From Hamiltosporidium tvaerminnensis FI-OER-3-3 (taxonomy: Eukaryota; Fungi; Microsporidia), in the NCBI GenBank assembly GCA_022605425.2, contig CM061249.1, positions 310,001-374,000 of the forward strand: DNA of 64,000 bases, in the 5' to 3' direction. Below, piece after piece: positions 26,991 to 40,368 of this stretch. Made by a program: the position numbers and the translations under genes. The stretch's first letter is position 1, and every line of letters starts with the position of its first letter. The notes under the pieces were generated by a model. The model had not been told where the DNA came from. It made no database searches and saw only the letters and a program-made list of their open reading frames with translations.

Positions 26991-27634
26991 AAATAAAGAA
27001 AATGGATTGTACCATCTATTTTTCGAACGCAACAACAATAAACAATGTTGAAAGGTGAGAAAAATGAACCAGATATTGAAGAAGACAACGTGTCGAAAAA
27101 AAGAGGTTCTCTAAATCGAAAAAAGACACAATAAAATCGAAGACTGCATTCAAAAGAATTTTAATTTAATAATTGTTCTAAAGAATAATAGAATTATGAT
27201 AAATATTGTTTCAAAAAAATTTAAAAGAAATTTTTGTCGAATTTATATTAAAAATTACATTTTTATAATAAAAAACTATTTGATTATGAGCATACGTGAA
27301 ATCGACAACTAGAATTTTTATTATATAATTTAAGAATCAATCGAATTAATTAATTTAATTAAGTTTAACAGAAAATATTTTTTCATCAAAAAAATATAAC
27401 AAATAATGTGTATATATTGTTGATTTTTTCTAGTAAAATTTATAATTATAAAAGAAGTTAAAATCATTTTTGAATTTATAATTACAAACCCTATTCAGCA
27501 ATAATTTTTAGAAAATAGATCGCTTTTTAAATTCTAAATTATATTGCAATCATAAAAAATATTAATTCTTATCAAGTAGATTAAAAGTAAACTTTTTGGG
27601 CTTAACTTATATAATATAAAAAAAGCTTTTGATT

Positions 27635-28165
27635 ATGAATAAAAATACGATCTTAAATGTCCCAATGTCGAACGAAAGCTATAGAATGGAATCAATCGGA
27701 AATCAAACAACAGATAGATACATTTTCGCTCACTATATTCTTACAAACAACGGCGTATCTGCTAATACTTCTTCTCACAACCAACAGGCGTTAAGTGAAA
27801 GATCTCATAACCAAAACTGTAATATAGATAACAACCTATGTAATCTAAATTCAGAATTGCAACATGCAAATCGACATAATAGTTCGTATTTTAACCTGGA
27901 ATTTAAATATATTTTCATGCTTTTTCTTCAGAATACCCTTTTAATGCTTTTATCCGCCACTTCAGTGTTTAAAAATGTTTTGATTACACTTTTCTTGCTT
28001 TATTATTCTGTTGTTATATTTATATTTTACAAATATATGAAAGGATGTAATAATATAGATTATCTTTTGATCGGTTTTTGGATTTTTTTTATTTTAGCAA
28101 ATGTTTTTTTAGTGCAAATAGTTATACAGGCTGTATTAGAGAATAGATTTATGTTATGGCACTAA
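27635..28165 (+). CDS. 176-aa lineage-specific protein: polar Asn/Ser/Gln-rich N-terminus plus ~3 C-terminal TM helices
   Basis: Intact from ATG 27635; three hydrophobic segments; two disrupted paralogs in the window. Confidence 0.75.
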   Translation: MNKNTILNVPMSNESYRMESIGNQTTDRYIFAHYILTNNGVSANTSSHNQQALSERSHNQNCNIDNNLCNLNSELQHANRHNSSYFNLEFKYIFMLFLQNTLLMLLSATSVFKNVLITLFLLYYSVVIFIFYKYMKGCNNIDYLLIGFWIFFILANVFLVQIVIQAVLENRFMLWH

Positions 28166-30089
28166 AAATATTGTAGGTTTGATATTTATTGATATTTTAG
28201 AAAATCGAGCCAAACATTATATATAAAATGTAATATCTTAAAAATGTTTAGCTCTTGAATTATTTATTAAATTTTTATTCAAAGATTTGGTCTTTGGACA
28301 CAAAAAATGTTTTGAAATCCATTTTTCTTCAAAATATATTTGATAGCTCAAATTTAAATTCGAATTATAAATATCTATCATAAACATGGTAGATATTTTT
28401 TTATCATTTTCAGTCTTTAAAAAAATGATATTTGAATGTGAAAATTGTAATTTAATGTTTTGAATCCGAGGTTTTATTCAGTTATTTTCTACGTTTTTCT
28501 AGTTTTTCTAGTTTTTCTTACAATTAATATGCATTTATGATGTCCTATTAAAATGTTTGTGTCATATGTCTTCTATTTAAAGTCATATTTCCTGCATATT
28601 ATGGTATATTTCATATAGTTATAGTTTATAAAATGGTAGATTATATCATTTATTCTCTCTTAAATCGAATAGATGTATTTTAATTTTGTTTGTTTAGGTT
28701 GCAATCCATATAAACTTTTCTTGATAATTAAAAATACTTTAATTTTTTTAAAAATACAGTAAAAACATTTTTTAGACGCTAGGTATGAATAAAATATCTT
28801 TAATCACAATATTATACCTTAATGATAAATCAATTAGAATATTTTTTTCTATTATTTTTATTCAAGGTTGCTCTAATAAATTTTACGCTTTTTGTATATG
28901 TTACGGTCGATTTGAATAATCAAGGCATTTTAATAGATTTGAGAAAATTATGGTTTTTTCTATTTTCAAGTTAAATTTACGAAGCCACGATATATTTTCA
29001 CGCTTTGATAAATATACATAAATTCGGCAAGGTGTGTTTACCAATATTCTAAACGATTAATCTACAATCATTATCGGCCTGTCTATTGTATGACTCGCAC
29101 TTCAAGATGTTTACGATTGTTTAAGCTCTTTCTTTATAGAGTTTTTGCTAGCCAAAATTATTTTTGAGTTTTTTTTTATATTATAGGTTAGTTTCCAAAA
29201 TAATATAATAAAGAGTGGATTTTAATTGATATCAATACTCTATTGAACGAAAATCCAATGATTTGGGCTCATTAAAGTTCATAATAGGTGAATTTTCATA
29301 AATAAGATTTCCAATTTGGGACTATTCATGCTTTGCAGTCAATGCCATTTCTCCCGCTTAATTACATTTTTTAATATTCACCTAGGCGTTATTGAAGTAA
29401 CTGGTCGTTATTATAGATCCCAAACGGTAATTGTGAACGTAACATATATTACACTTTTCCGCTAGAAATCAAAATATTTTATTTAATATTTCTATGTATC
29501 GTACTAAATATTCCCTGAATTTTAAATTAAATGTATTTTAAGACATAAATGGGATCTATAATACAAAAAAGATGTGTTTAAAAAGCCTGGATACACATAA
29601 AATCGATCAAAGGTTATAAAATATGGCTATGGAGTAAAAAGATTATTTTAAATTGCATATTTTTGTAGCTTTTAATTCCTTTTGCAAAAAAAATATGTTT
29701 ATAAATTCAGAATATATTTTTTTCGTTTATTTTGAGTATATTTTTTATCTATATTTATGAATAGCATGTAAAATCTTTTTAAATTATTTGAACGAAAGGG
29801 AAATAACAATTAATATTAAAATTTTTGAATTTTGATTTTATTTTCAAATTTATCTTTGTTGGCAAGAAGAGATAAGGCGTTAAAAATTAAATTTTCTGTA
29901 GCCTAAGTTGTGTTCTATTGTATTTTATTAGATTAAATCGACAAATTTTAAAGCTTTATTACACCCTCACATATTTGAATTGAGTCTGAGATTTTTACGT
30001 GATTTTTGTGACATTTCTCTCAAAAATATTAAAATTTCGATTTTTTCCATCTTTAGTAGTTTAAATCCTCTTCCACAGTAATTCTTGTT

Positions 30090-31000
30090 GCCAAAGAGAC
30101 CTAAGTTAGCTGGTTTTCATGGTTTTTTTATAAAAAATGAGGCCTTTTTGTCAGCTTCTATCCACTTTATTTTTCTTTAAGTTTCTTGGTTAAAAAAAAT
30201 AGTCTATATAATTTAGAAAAGTACTATAGATTGTATATATGCCTTTATTCTTATGTTAATATAAGCGCATATGATAAATATTATAGCCTCTCAAACAATA
30301 TCGTTCCAACTTATCTCCCAGGGGGTAAATGCCCACTAAAATTCTAACAAGACTACCATAATTACCCAAGAAGAACCCTTTCTGAGGTTCAAAACCTTGA
30401 GAACATCAAAAGAATGATTTAAAGTAATTTAAATCCCAAGTAGGGTCTTATAATTGTTTTCTACTATTCTGAATCAATATATCCAGTCTATTATTCTCGG
30501 TTCGAAATTGGATTTGTTTCTGGTAACAACTTTTATTTTGCACACTAATTTTAACATTTTTTTGAAATGCTCATCACGATATATTTTCTATGTTTAAATT
30601 GTAATTATTTATGAGAATTGTATGAAATCCTCAACTACTCATAATAGCGTGTAAATGATTATTTATCAGAATTTTTGAGTCCTTTGTATAATTTAATATG
30701 TTTCCTGTGTTTACGGGTTAAAATAAATTTCAGTTCTCATAATTTCATTCGTAACCATGATAAAACAAAGCTTGTGCCTTTCGCAGGCTTGTTGTTTTCT
30801 TTAAGAAATCATTTTTTGTGACCTTAATGCGCACATGCTTATTACCTAGAGCATTTATAAATTTCCTTTTCCTACGGTTTTGAGTGTTACCACCGGTTAT
30901 CTTTTTTTAAAAAATTAAATGCCTTTAAACGGTGCAATAAAAGGGTTGTCACTGGTATCCACTTTCTAATTTCTTGTTCACTGTTTAAAGTACCACTACT
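30090..31000 (-). mobile_element. Highly decayed piggyBac-like transposase remnant
   Basis: SMCA/(F)KGHK...NKPAKG (~30775-30840) resembles DExMxxFxG...KPxKxG; a later VDRxDQ-like segment at ~30150-30165. Confidence 0.3.
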
Positions 31001-34000
31001 TTTCCAATAGACTTCGACTGGAAACAGATATAATTGCATTGTCAATCTCTCATTAAGAGCATCTTTTCGGTTCGGATATTAATTATATATGCTTGTTTTG
31101 GGTTTCTGTCTTATATAGCTTATTTTGTCACCATTATGGTACTATATTACCTATTCTGTGTATCGACGACTAATTAAGTTGAATTATTCCTAGATAATCT
31201 AATTTACACATCATATGTGGATAACCGTTCGAAAAAAAATTTTGCATTTAGTTGCTGGTCATATCGCCTTTAAATTCTTTACATTTGTTTCATTTATATC
31301 CCTTCAAAGTAAAAATCTCGGAGTGCAACCTTCTCTTTTTATAAAGTTTTTTGTAGAACTAACTGTTTTTAAAAACGGCCAGAATATTTGCAAAATGTGC
31401 TATTTTTGGGCGACTATTTTTTGAATTGAAAGTACACAACACTTTAGAGTTCCTTAAATTATCTTTTAAAGGATAAAATTAATTGCAACCTAACTGAAAA
31501 GCACATGTTAGCATAGAAATATGGGTTCCAATAAATATGCGGACTAAATCACACGTATTGCAGCTTCGTGTATTTTCTTAAGATATCGGCTCAATATACC
31601 CATACATAGATTAAATATAGAGTTCAAGGGCTTTTCCGCAAAATTAATAAACAAGCTATTGTTACTCATATAGCAGACCTTATATATTTCGATTTTCTAT
31701 CCTTGTATTTTTGCCTAGATATTTTTCTGGAATTCAATCAAAAAACTTTGTTTTTTTGAGATTTATCAACTAAGTAGACTCAGTGAATTCATAGACATTC
31801 TGACATAGATATTTATTTCAAAGATTATTTGATGCTCATTATGGAGAAATAATTTTAAATACTTTCGTTTTAATCCATGTAAAGGCTCTACCGGCTCGTT
31901 TTGGTATTTTTAAAAAACCTTTGTCTTTATTTCATGGTAAAAGAGTTTGGTTATACCTTCATCTGTTAGGTTGTAGTAATGCGAATTTCAGATTATCGGT
32001 CCGCCTTCGAACCTTAAGTGTCATACTTTTAAGGTCAAATATTTAAGCTCGCAGTAAAAAAAAGTAGCTAGCCTACTTTTTTTAAAAACAAATTTTTTAA
32101 ATCTCATAAAGAGTTTTGCGAAATTTTGTGAGCTATTTGATAAAAAAAATAAAACGATGAGTAAAGAATTTTCAGTCATGAAAAAAATTTATGATATATT
32201 ACCGATTCTAAAAAAAAGCATAATTAAGTTGTATCTTATTAAAAAAACATATTAGTTACATATTTACTAAGCAATTATTCATTCTCATCTTGAATCAAAA
32301 CCTAAATTTTTAGTATAGTTCGCTTGTTTCTGGTCTATTGGTTTTTAATGATTCATAATTAAATGATAAAGAAAGTTTGTTATATTATTCGCTTTTCTGA
32401 ATTTATTTTTACAACAATTGTCGGTTCTTGGATCACATGATCTTATCAAAACTATTTTCTTAAATTAGAGCCATGAAAAAATAAATTTAATGTATTTAAT
32501 CTTAGGTTAAATTGTACCATTTCCTTGAATTTGGCAACGAAAAAACATCATTCCTATGTTTATGTGCATTTTTAGGGCATTTTTAGGGCATTTTTTCCTA
32601 CTAAATTTTCTAATCTTATTCAATATGTTTCTATCTGATAATATCCGAGCTTTTTTTACAATGTATTTCATGATAAAATATCTAAATAATTTTTATCATA
32701 AATGTGTCGTACGGAATAAAGTAATTTTTAGAGATAATTAAATTACTTGGTTTTTGTTTTCTTTGAATTTAACACTTCTATATAAGAACTTATTGTGAAA
32801 CCTGCAAACTTCGTCTTAGTTTCATATTTAATTTTTCATGTGTTCTTTTAAATAGAATACTTTTTCTAGGGCTTATTTTGGGGTTGGTTAGGGCAAATAA
32901 AACTAATGATAAGACACGCGAAGCTTAAAAGAATCTATTATTATCAGTCTTCATTGTTGTCTTCGGCATTCCCAAACCAATTGCTTATTTACTTATGCCA
33001 ATAAATGACGTACAATCACAGCTTCGATGATTTAAATTTTTGTAAGGCAGACCAAAAATTTTGTTGGAATCTTTATATGATTCTAAATAAATTCGTGCAC
33101 TACTGGCATATCTAACTTTAAGCAATCGAATATAGATTAATCAAGTTTAACCGTTACTTTCGCAAAATAATAAATACATGGGTTGGTCGTTAAAAGATAA
33201 TTCGCATAAAAAATCTTTAATAAAAGAAAATTCGTCTTTGTAACTATGCTAGGGTATTAAACTAATATTTGTATGCTAAAACAAATTTGGCTTGGTTTTG
33301 AAAAAATTCTGAATGTAGCAGAAATGGATAGCGGTTCATAATGAGGAATACTTCATATATTGAAATTTGCATATTTTTCTCTTATTCATCTTACTAGTAT
33401 TTCTACTTTAATTAATTATTTTGTTCCGAACATACTTTTTGCTGCCAAATAAATTATATTTTAAGATAAATAATAGGGAAACAATTTTATCTATTGTTCT
33501 CTAATTTAAATAAAATATAAAGAATATTTGTAGGTATAATTTTTAATATTTACTTTAAATGCTAGCTAATTTTGTTCGCCAAAAAACATAGTTATGCATT
33601 ATATAATATTTAGCACATTACGTATGCACATGTTTATTAGTTTTTGGATTATCTATCATTTTGATTCTTTTAAAATCATTCTCCTAATACTCTATTAGAT
33701 TCATACGATTGTGTCTTATGTATTTTAGTTTTCTTTCCCTATACATCTCTACTTAGCATTTTTTTACCAAACAATTAAAAATATTATCACATAGAAATAA
33801 TACAGTATAAAATTACATATTCGATACAAAATCGTTTTTAGGTCTTTGATCAATAGTGATAATATTTTTTAAGTAAGTAAAAAAGCTGTTTAACCAATCA
33901 CCAACAAGCTGCAAGTAAAATATATGTGTAAAAATTTACTTGTTATTTTACGGACTATTTTTTCATAAATTTTCATTTCAGTTGTATAAATAAACTTATA

Positions 34001-34878
34001 GTAACATTTAATGCTAAGGATCGTAAATTGTAAAAAGAATTTTTGTTAATGTTTTTCCAACCCTTGATATCCAATCTCACTTAAAAATGATAAGAGAAAT
34101 CGCTTTAGCAAAATAAAAAAATACTTGTTTATCTTCAGAGATAGTCTTTCTTGTTACAGTTTAATGTATACGAGAATATCTTTCTTGTTGTACCCGACTT
34201 AAAGTAGGCTTAATATTTAAACTTTTCAAGATGTTGATATTTTTTAGTAAATGAAGTATTGGCCTGAATTAGGCCAGAATATTATAACATTTATTTGACA
34301 GGCATAAGTTGATATGTTACAGCATAAGTCATAAATTTTTTTCAAAAAAAATAAATCAGCTATTTAACTTTAAAACATCACCAAACTATGATTAGTTGTA
34401 CAAAATGTACAAATAATTAAATTTTTACCGATCAAAACAACAAAATTGTAAGTATTTAATATAATTGGCACACACAAAACCTATATATGCAACTTTAAAA
34501 TAACTAAAACGACTTTGCAGTCTATGAAATATTCACTAGAATTAGCCATTTGTCGCCTTGACATTTTGAACATGAACCAATTTTCCTAAGGCTGAATGTA
34601 TCTAATGGCACTTTCTGGGACGTTTTGCACCCAACTAGTAAATAATTTATGGGCGGTAATTTCCATTTTAAAGCCTACAGCCAGGTCTCGTCTGTAAATC
34701 ATACCATTAAAAGAAAAATATCAAATTTGATATGTATTGTAACTTAAAAACGATATATCGAATATCTAAATAATGTGATTTTTACATATAATAGAAAATA
34801 GATGTGTAAAAAGACACTTGTATCTATTTTTTTCTTCTATCTATCTGGTTTTTATAACAGTACATCTAAAACCATGAT

Positions 34879-35120
34879 TCATTCATCCTCGACACTACAC
34901 CCCCGCAAGAGCCTTGGTATACCTCAGAAATGCCGCTCACTGCTCTCTTCCCGGTGAGTTTGTTTATTTTTTGGGTTTCGTAACAAGGTGGGTTTAAAAA
35001 ATGGATTATTAGCCCTACGTAAAACCCACAACCTGGAGAATCAGACCCTTTTATCGCCTCTTATAACAGGCAGAGAATAATCCAAGCCAATTCTGTACCC
35101 GAAATGTGAGGGAATCGAAC
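34879..35120 (-). mobile_element. Bipartite non-autonomous RTE-derived SINE-like element, copy 2 (~242 bp)
   Basis: Same 5'UTR/3'-end fusion point as copy 1; GATGAATGAA tail; perfect TSD ccatgat at 34872-34878 and 35121-35127; empty paralogous site near 11520. Confidence 0.9.
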
Positions 35121-35983
35121 CCATGATATTTAAACACAAAAATATTCAAATGTAACCTTAATATCAGTAGGTACTTTTGTAACCTTTTCAAGATTGCAAT
35201 GGTAAAAAAATACATATAGCGCCCTTAGATTGGCTCGGAAGTACAAATTAAACATAAATTCGAAACATGTTGGCCAAGCCAAACGAAAATAATGCATTAA
35301 ACAAAATTAAATCGCTTTTAATATAACCAAGCATTTTATATCGAACAAAGGAAAAGTTATGGTTGCTATAATTAAAATATCGGTGTGGATATAAGGAGCT
35401 AAGTAACTTTTCTGCCTCTTTTCACAAAAATTCGACTTTATATATCAATTACGAAATTTGAATAGTTGGGATAAAAAAACTTTGGGGTGTTAAAAAAACC
35501 TGTTTAAAGGCATATTAAAGTTTTTTTGAATCTAATTTATTTCGTATTCTTATATTTACACGTATTTTTATTGTTTAAAATATTTTGAAATAATTTTTTT
35601 GATGGTTGTGAGATACATAGGCTTTTTTCTATTTGAAAGATATTAAACAAAAAAGGTACACTTCGATTATTGTATTTCTTTGGTATTTAGATAGAAATGG
35701 ATTAGAGATAAAAGAAGATCTACTAGATAAAGAGGTTTATTCTATTCGGGAATAGTTTATAAACAAATTTTTATAGTTTTTTAAAATAATGAATCGTATT
35801 AGAAACCGTTGAAAATCATTTTTAAATGATTATGCGATGTTTAATCCCACATTTTGATCAAAAACGAGCAATGGAAGAAATTTAAAGTGACATTGTTATA
35901 AAAAAAATATTTAACCTTATTATGTAAATTAAACATTGATTTTTTGACAGAGAAGTATATATTTAGAAAAAAAAATTGGTTTT

Positions 35984-36515
35984 ATGGATAAAAATATAAT
36001 TTTAAAAAATTTAGTTCCGAATAGAAGCTATAGAATAGAAACAGTGGTAATCACAATCCCAAGCACAAGCTCAAATGGGTCTGCTCACACCCACGAGATT
36101 GTTATAAAAATAAATCTTTTGTTAATCCTTCTCCTAATCAACAAATGTAAAGCTAAAGATCTTTTAACCAAACTTAGATATAGAAAATAATCTTTATAAT
36201 TCGAATCGAGAATTTATATCTGAAAACCAAAAAAATTATTTAGTTTTGAAGCTAGAATTTATATATATTTTGTTTCTGTTTCTTCAAAATACATTTTTTA
36301 TGTTTTTATCAGCAACCTCTTCTAATAATTATATTTTTACGCCAATTTTTTCGCTTTACTATTCGGTAGTTCTTTTTATATTTTATAAATATATAAAAGG
36401 AAGTAGATGTATTGCATATCTTGCTCTAGGTATTTGGATTTTCATTATATTAGCAAATTTATTTTTGCTAAATATATTTATACACGCTATATTAGATAAA
36501 CGGTTTATCTTATGA
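35984..36515 (+). pseudogene. Frameshifted paralog of the small multi-TM protein family
   Basis: ORFs 35984-36190 (MDKNIILKNLVPNRSYRIE) and 36246-36515 (LEFIYILFLFLQNT...AILDKRF) together cover the 27635-28165 protein. Confidence 0.75.
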
Positions 36516-36969
36516 TATTAAAAATTATAAAGCGAAAAAAATGTATAAATCTTTTTCTTTTTTTATTGATGTTTTAAGGTAGTTTCATAAAAAATCTATT
36601 AGATTTATTTTTTGGTTTTATTTCTAAAAAAAGTAAATAAATAAGCCATAATTTGCTTTTAAATTCGATATCATTAGAATAATTCCTTTGAAAGGTAAAA
36701 TTTATAAGTATCTATCGAACTTTATTGGGATATAATTTTTATAGTTTATCATAAGTTAAGTGCTGATTTTATAATGTTTTTTTAATATTTTAATTTTTTA
36801 AAATTTTCCAATATTGAGTTATTCTATCATATTTCTCTATCTTGCTAAGCAATAATACATTTTTTTTCTTCGCCTTAAATTAATCAGAAATATAATTGCA
36901 ATTAATAAATATTTATTTACTATATTTTGGTGAAAAGAAGATAAACGCATAAAAAACTATCTTTTTGGC

Positions 36970-37450
36970 AATGAGTATGCGAGATTGATTTATGAAGCTC
37001 ATTGTTTGGAGTTTGGTGGGATAAAAAAAACATTGCAAATATAGTGGTTCCATGAAAGTTTGTATGAGGAGGAGTAAGTCTATGAAATGACGAAACTTCT
37101 TTCGTAAATTTATTTTGTAGCTTATGTACTGGGTTGAAGAATTCTGCTAATTGGTAGGTAATTTATATGTAAAAGCATGAAAATCTAGCCTTGCTTACTC
37201 GGGTTATAAGACTTAGCGCCTGGGAAATATAAAAATTAAAAACATTAAAAGCCGGGAGAGCCAAGTGGCAGGTTATACCTGTTAATATGACATTAACTGT
37301 ACTAGTTGGACCCCATGTAAGTCGCCGAGATATATCTTAACCGGAAGGTTATTAGGCTCGGAAAGTGTAGAGTAAGTGGGAAGGCTACATATTCCGGGGA
37401 TGCTCTTATAGTTTTCGACCACAACCACACACCATATAGATATTGTCGAA
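36970..37450 (+). mobile_element. Decayed Ty3/Gypsy-like integrase remnant
   Basis: LIYEAHCLEFGGIKKTLQI*W resembles the H-x3-H-x-G...T..L..YW zinc-binding region; later W..I..NM...VGP; locally higher GC. Confidence 0.35.
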
Positions 37451-39022
37451 CCCTAGGCAACGTCCTCTCCATTTTTTAGGTTCTAAACACCTTTAAGATA
37501 AAAGTCTTTTAGACGTAGGTATTTTAGGGGGTATCGATAAAGTTTTGGGATTGCAGTTATTTATATTAAACTTAGAAGTGAGTTAATGCGATAAAAACAA
37601 ATGTAACAATAACCAATGTTTTAATAAAATGTTATATTTTTAAGTAAAGTATTATTTTGTTACCATTATACAAAAAAATATCATAATTCATTTTCTAATA
37701 ATGCAATAAATGCAAATTTTCCAATATATCATCCTTGGAATAATATTAATAGAGCCTTTAAATATAGAATTTACCTAAAGATATCGCATTTATTACAATA
37801 GTGGCAAGTTTAATATTTTTTTATGCTATTGGGGCATTTTAGGTTCCACATGAGATTGCATTCAAAATTATATGAGTATTCCTGAGATACCTATATTCAA
37901 AAGCTGGTCACTAAGAAATGTCTAGAACCCATGCAGTAGGCGATTCAATTGCGCTTGGTTCTTCAAATTCCGGTGCTTGGTGGGTATTGCAGAGCGAAAC
38001 TTGCCTTAAGTTTATCCAGGACTAACAGTATTTTAAAATAATCACACGTTCCAAACCAAATAGATTCACAACTAATGTATATCTGCGCGACTTACTCAGA
38101 TCTATTAAGATTTTAATTTCATTACAAAAAGTGCATTCTGCTACTTTTTATCTCTGGATTTTTAAATGGTATGTTTTTTTCATATTTATAACGTCAAGTT
38201 TCCTAAACATAGTGAGCAAGGCTAGGTTTTTTACTTTTGCAGCGAGATTACCAAAAACTCTAGTCGATTTTGACAATTTTGTTACATAAAAACCTTCAAA
38301 CTAAATTTGTAAAAAAAGTTTTACGATTTAATTTACGTCTCCCCGTTGTGAAAAATATCATGATTCTATCATAATATATCGCGATTTTCATCCCAATAAA
38401 ATACAAACAATAAGGGGGGGCAAGCCAGCTTAACATACACATTGCCAAGTAGATGTTTGTTATTTGATTCTTCTTCATTCTCCTTCAAAAAAAATATGTT
38501 TACTATTTCAAACCATAACACTTGTGTATTCAGAATATATATTGTTACATTTTATCAAATTTTTTTTGACACTTTTTTAAAGTATTATTTTTCTTTTATA
38601 TAATCCCTCAATTTCACTAATATTGGAAACGGCGGGGAACGAGAACTTCGAAATGTTTAATTTTTTTGAACAGTGTAAGGCAAAAATGATAGTTTCTTTG
38701 ATAAATAATATGACCCTTAAGATTTGCTCATTAACTTTAAAACCAAATGGGTGAGCAAAGTAGAAAATGCAATATTTTGGGACGTTTATTGATCTAAAAA
38801 AATATTGAACTAAATGTTACCAAAAGTCCTTTGAAAATTGGAATAGAGCATACCAAAAGCATTAATAAATAATTTTTATTTTTTTCAAATATGATTTAAT
38901 TAAAATCAAGTTTATTATATTTTATTTTTAAGTTTTTTTACTGATACATAAACAATTGTATGTCAGGTGAAATAATTTAATATATTTGCTCGATGAAAAC
39001 AATTCATATACTTAATAGTAGT

Positions 39023-39377
39023 TTTATAGGCCTAAAGAAGAAAATGGCGGGTGGAGTAAACGACACAAGAGGGAACAATACATCGAATTAAGGGATATGC
39101 CAGTAGTAGACTTAGTCTGCCTGAACAGACTCCGCTGGGTAGGACACCTGCTAAGAATAGGGAAACATCACATATTTTCTCCAAGTTTTGAACCATATAC
39201 CAGTCGGAAAGAGGAAGGTAGGAAGACCTAAAACTCGCTGGATTGATCAAATCGAAAAAACTGCCCGACTTCTGGGAGAAGAAGATTAGTGGAATTTTGC
39301 GCTGGAAAGAGACCGGTAGGTGACATTACTGAGGGAGGCTAAGGCTCGTGCGGGGCTGACGCGCTGAAGATAAATAA
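39023..39377 (+). mobile_element. 5'-truncated RTE copy (3' ~350 bp)
   Basis: NRLRWVGHLLR, PVGKRKVGRP, LLREAKAR; colinear with 5525-5870; TSD aatagtagt at 39014-39022 and 39378-39386. Confidence 0.9.
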
Positions 39378-40368
39378 AATAGTAGTGTAACAAAACAAAA
39401 ATGCAATGAATAATTCAATAATTCTATTCCTGTTTAAATTAGAATAGTTCGGTAAAGAAATAAAGAAGTTAATATATTTATTTAATAAAGTATTACATCA
39501 TGCTGCTCCTAAAAAATGTTTTTGACAGACTAAGAAAACACTTCACACGATTAAGTACTAAAGAAAAAATGTATGCGATAAAAATATATCATAAACATAA
39601 AATAGCAAAAGAAAGGATATAGTAATTTGAAGCTCTACAAAACCAAAAGCATATGTGAGCAGAAGAGTGAAATTATTCATATTATAAAAGCTCCTGAGGT
39701 TTTACTATAAATTAATTCAAGAAAACAAAGCTGCAGATATAAAAGACTAAAAAATATACAAAGAAACAGATAAATTGAGGTTATAATAAGCAAAACGAAA
39801 AAATTTAGCAATATTAACTCTGAAAATTATGTTTTGGATGCTAATCGCCTTTATTTTTATATTATTTATTTAACGTAAATTTAAGTCTGCTTCTACAAGC
39901 TAAACAATCCAATTGTAATAATGTAAAAAACGCCAAAAAAAGAACTGTGATTTAAAGAATTATCATTTTGATTTTAAGAACAATCTAGTTTTTAATTTTT
40001 TTAAAGGAGAGAAATTCTAGAAAAAAAAAAGAATCTAATTTTTTAGTATTAGCAATATATAGCCTAATATGAGTGTAAATAACTGTCATTTCTTTTTTCC
40101 TTAAATTTAAAAGAATAATCGAACGTTAAAAAAAATCTTTGTATTTTGTTTAAAGTTTGTAAAACCATAATAGAAATCCACGAATCTTGGTATTAAAAGT
40201 TTTTTAAGTCTTTATTCTTTGAATGTTTCAAATTCAATAAAATTAATAAAATTTAGATTGATTAGAAACATTTTTAAATCTTTATAAAAGAAAAATGAAA
40301 GTTTTTAAACACAACGAAAGTACTAAATTGATTTTAGAACATATAAATACGATTTTTTTATCAAATCC

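Larger units (their letters stand above)
33600..36950 (+). repeat. ~3.3-kb diverged segmental duplication, copy 2 (carries the SINE-like insertion absent from copy 1)
   Basis: Colinear with 10250-13420 on both sides of 34879-35120. Confidence 0.75.

Noticed and set aside
31200-33400. Possible hAT remnant (AYLLEP, PAT) and other decayed coding-like DNA
   Set aside because: Isolated short matches; unsupported without a search.
34975-35035. HDV-like ribozyme suggested by GGCTAA followed by a pairing strand
   Set aside because: The partner strand is only ~15 nt upstream, leaving no room for P3/P1/P4; the topology does not fit.
35108-35123. tRNA B-box-like GGGTTCGATTCCC at the 5' end of SINE copy 2
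   Set aside because: No A-box or cloverleaf, the leading GG overlaps the TSD, and copy 1 lacks it; not called a tRNA or tRNA-derived head.
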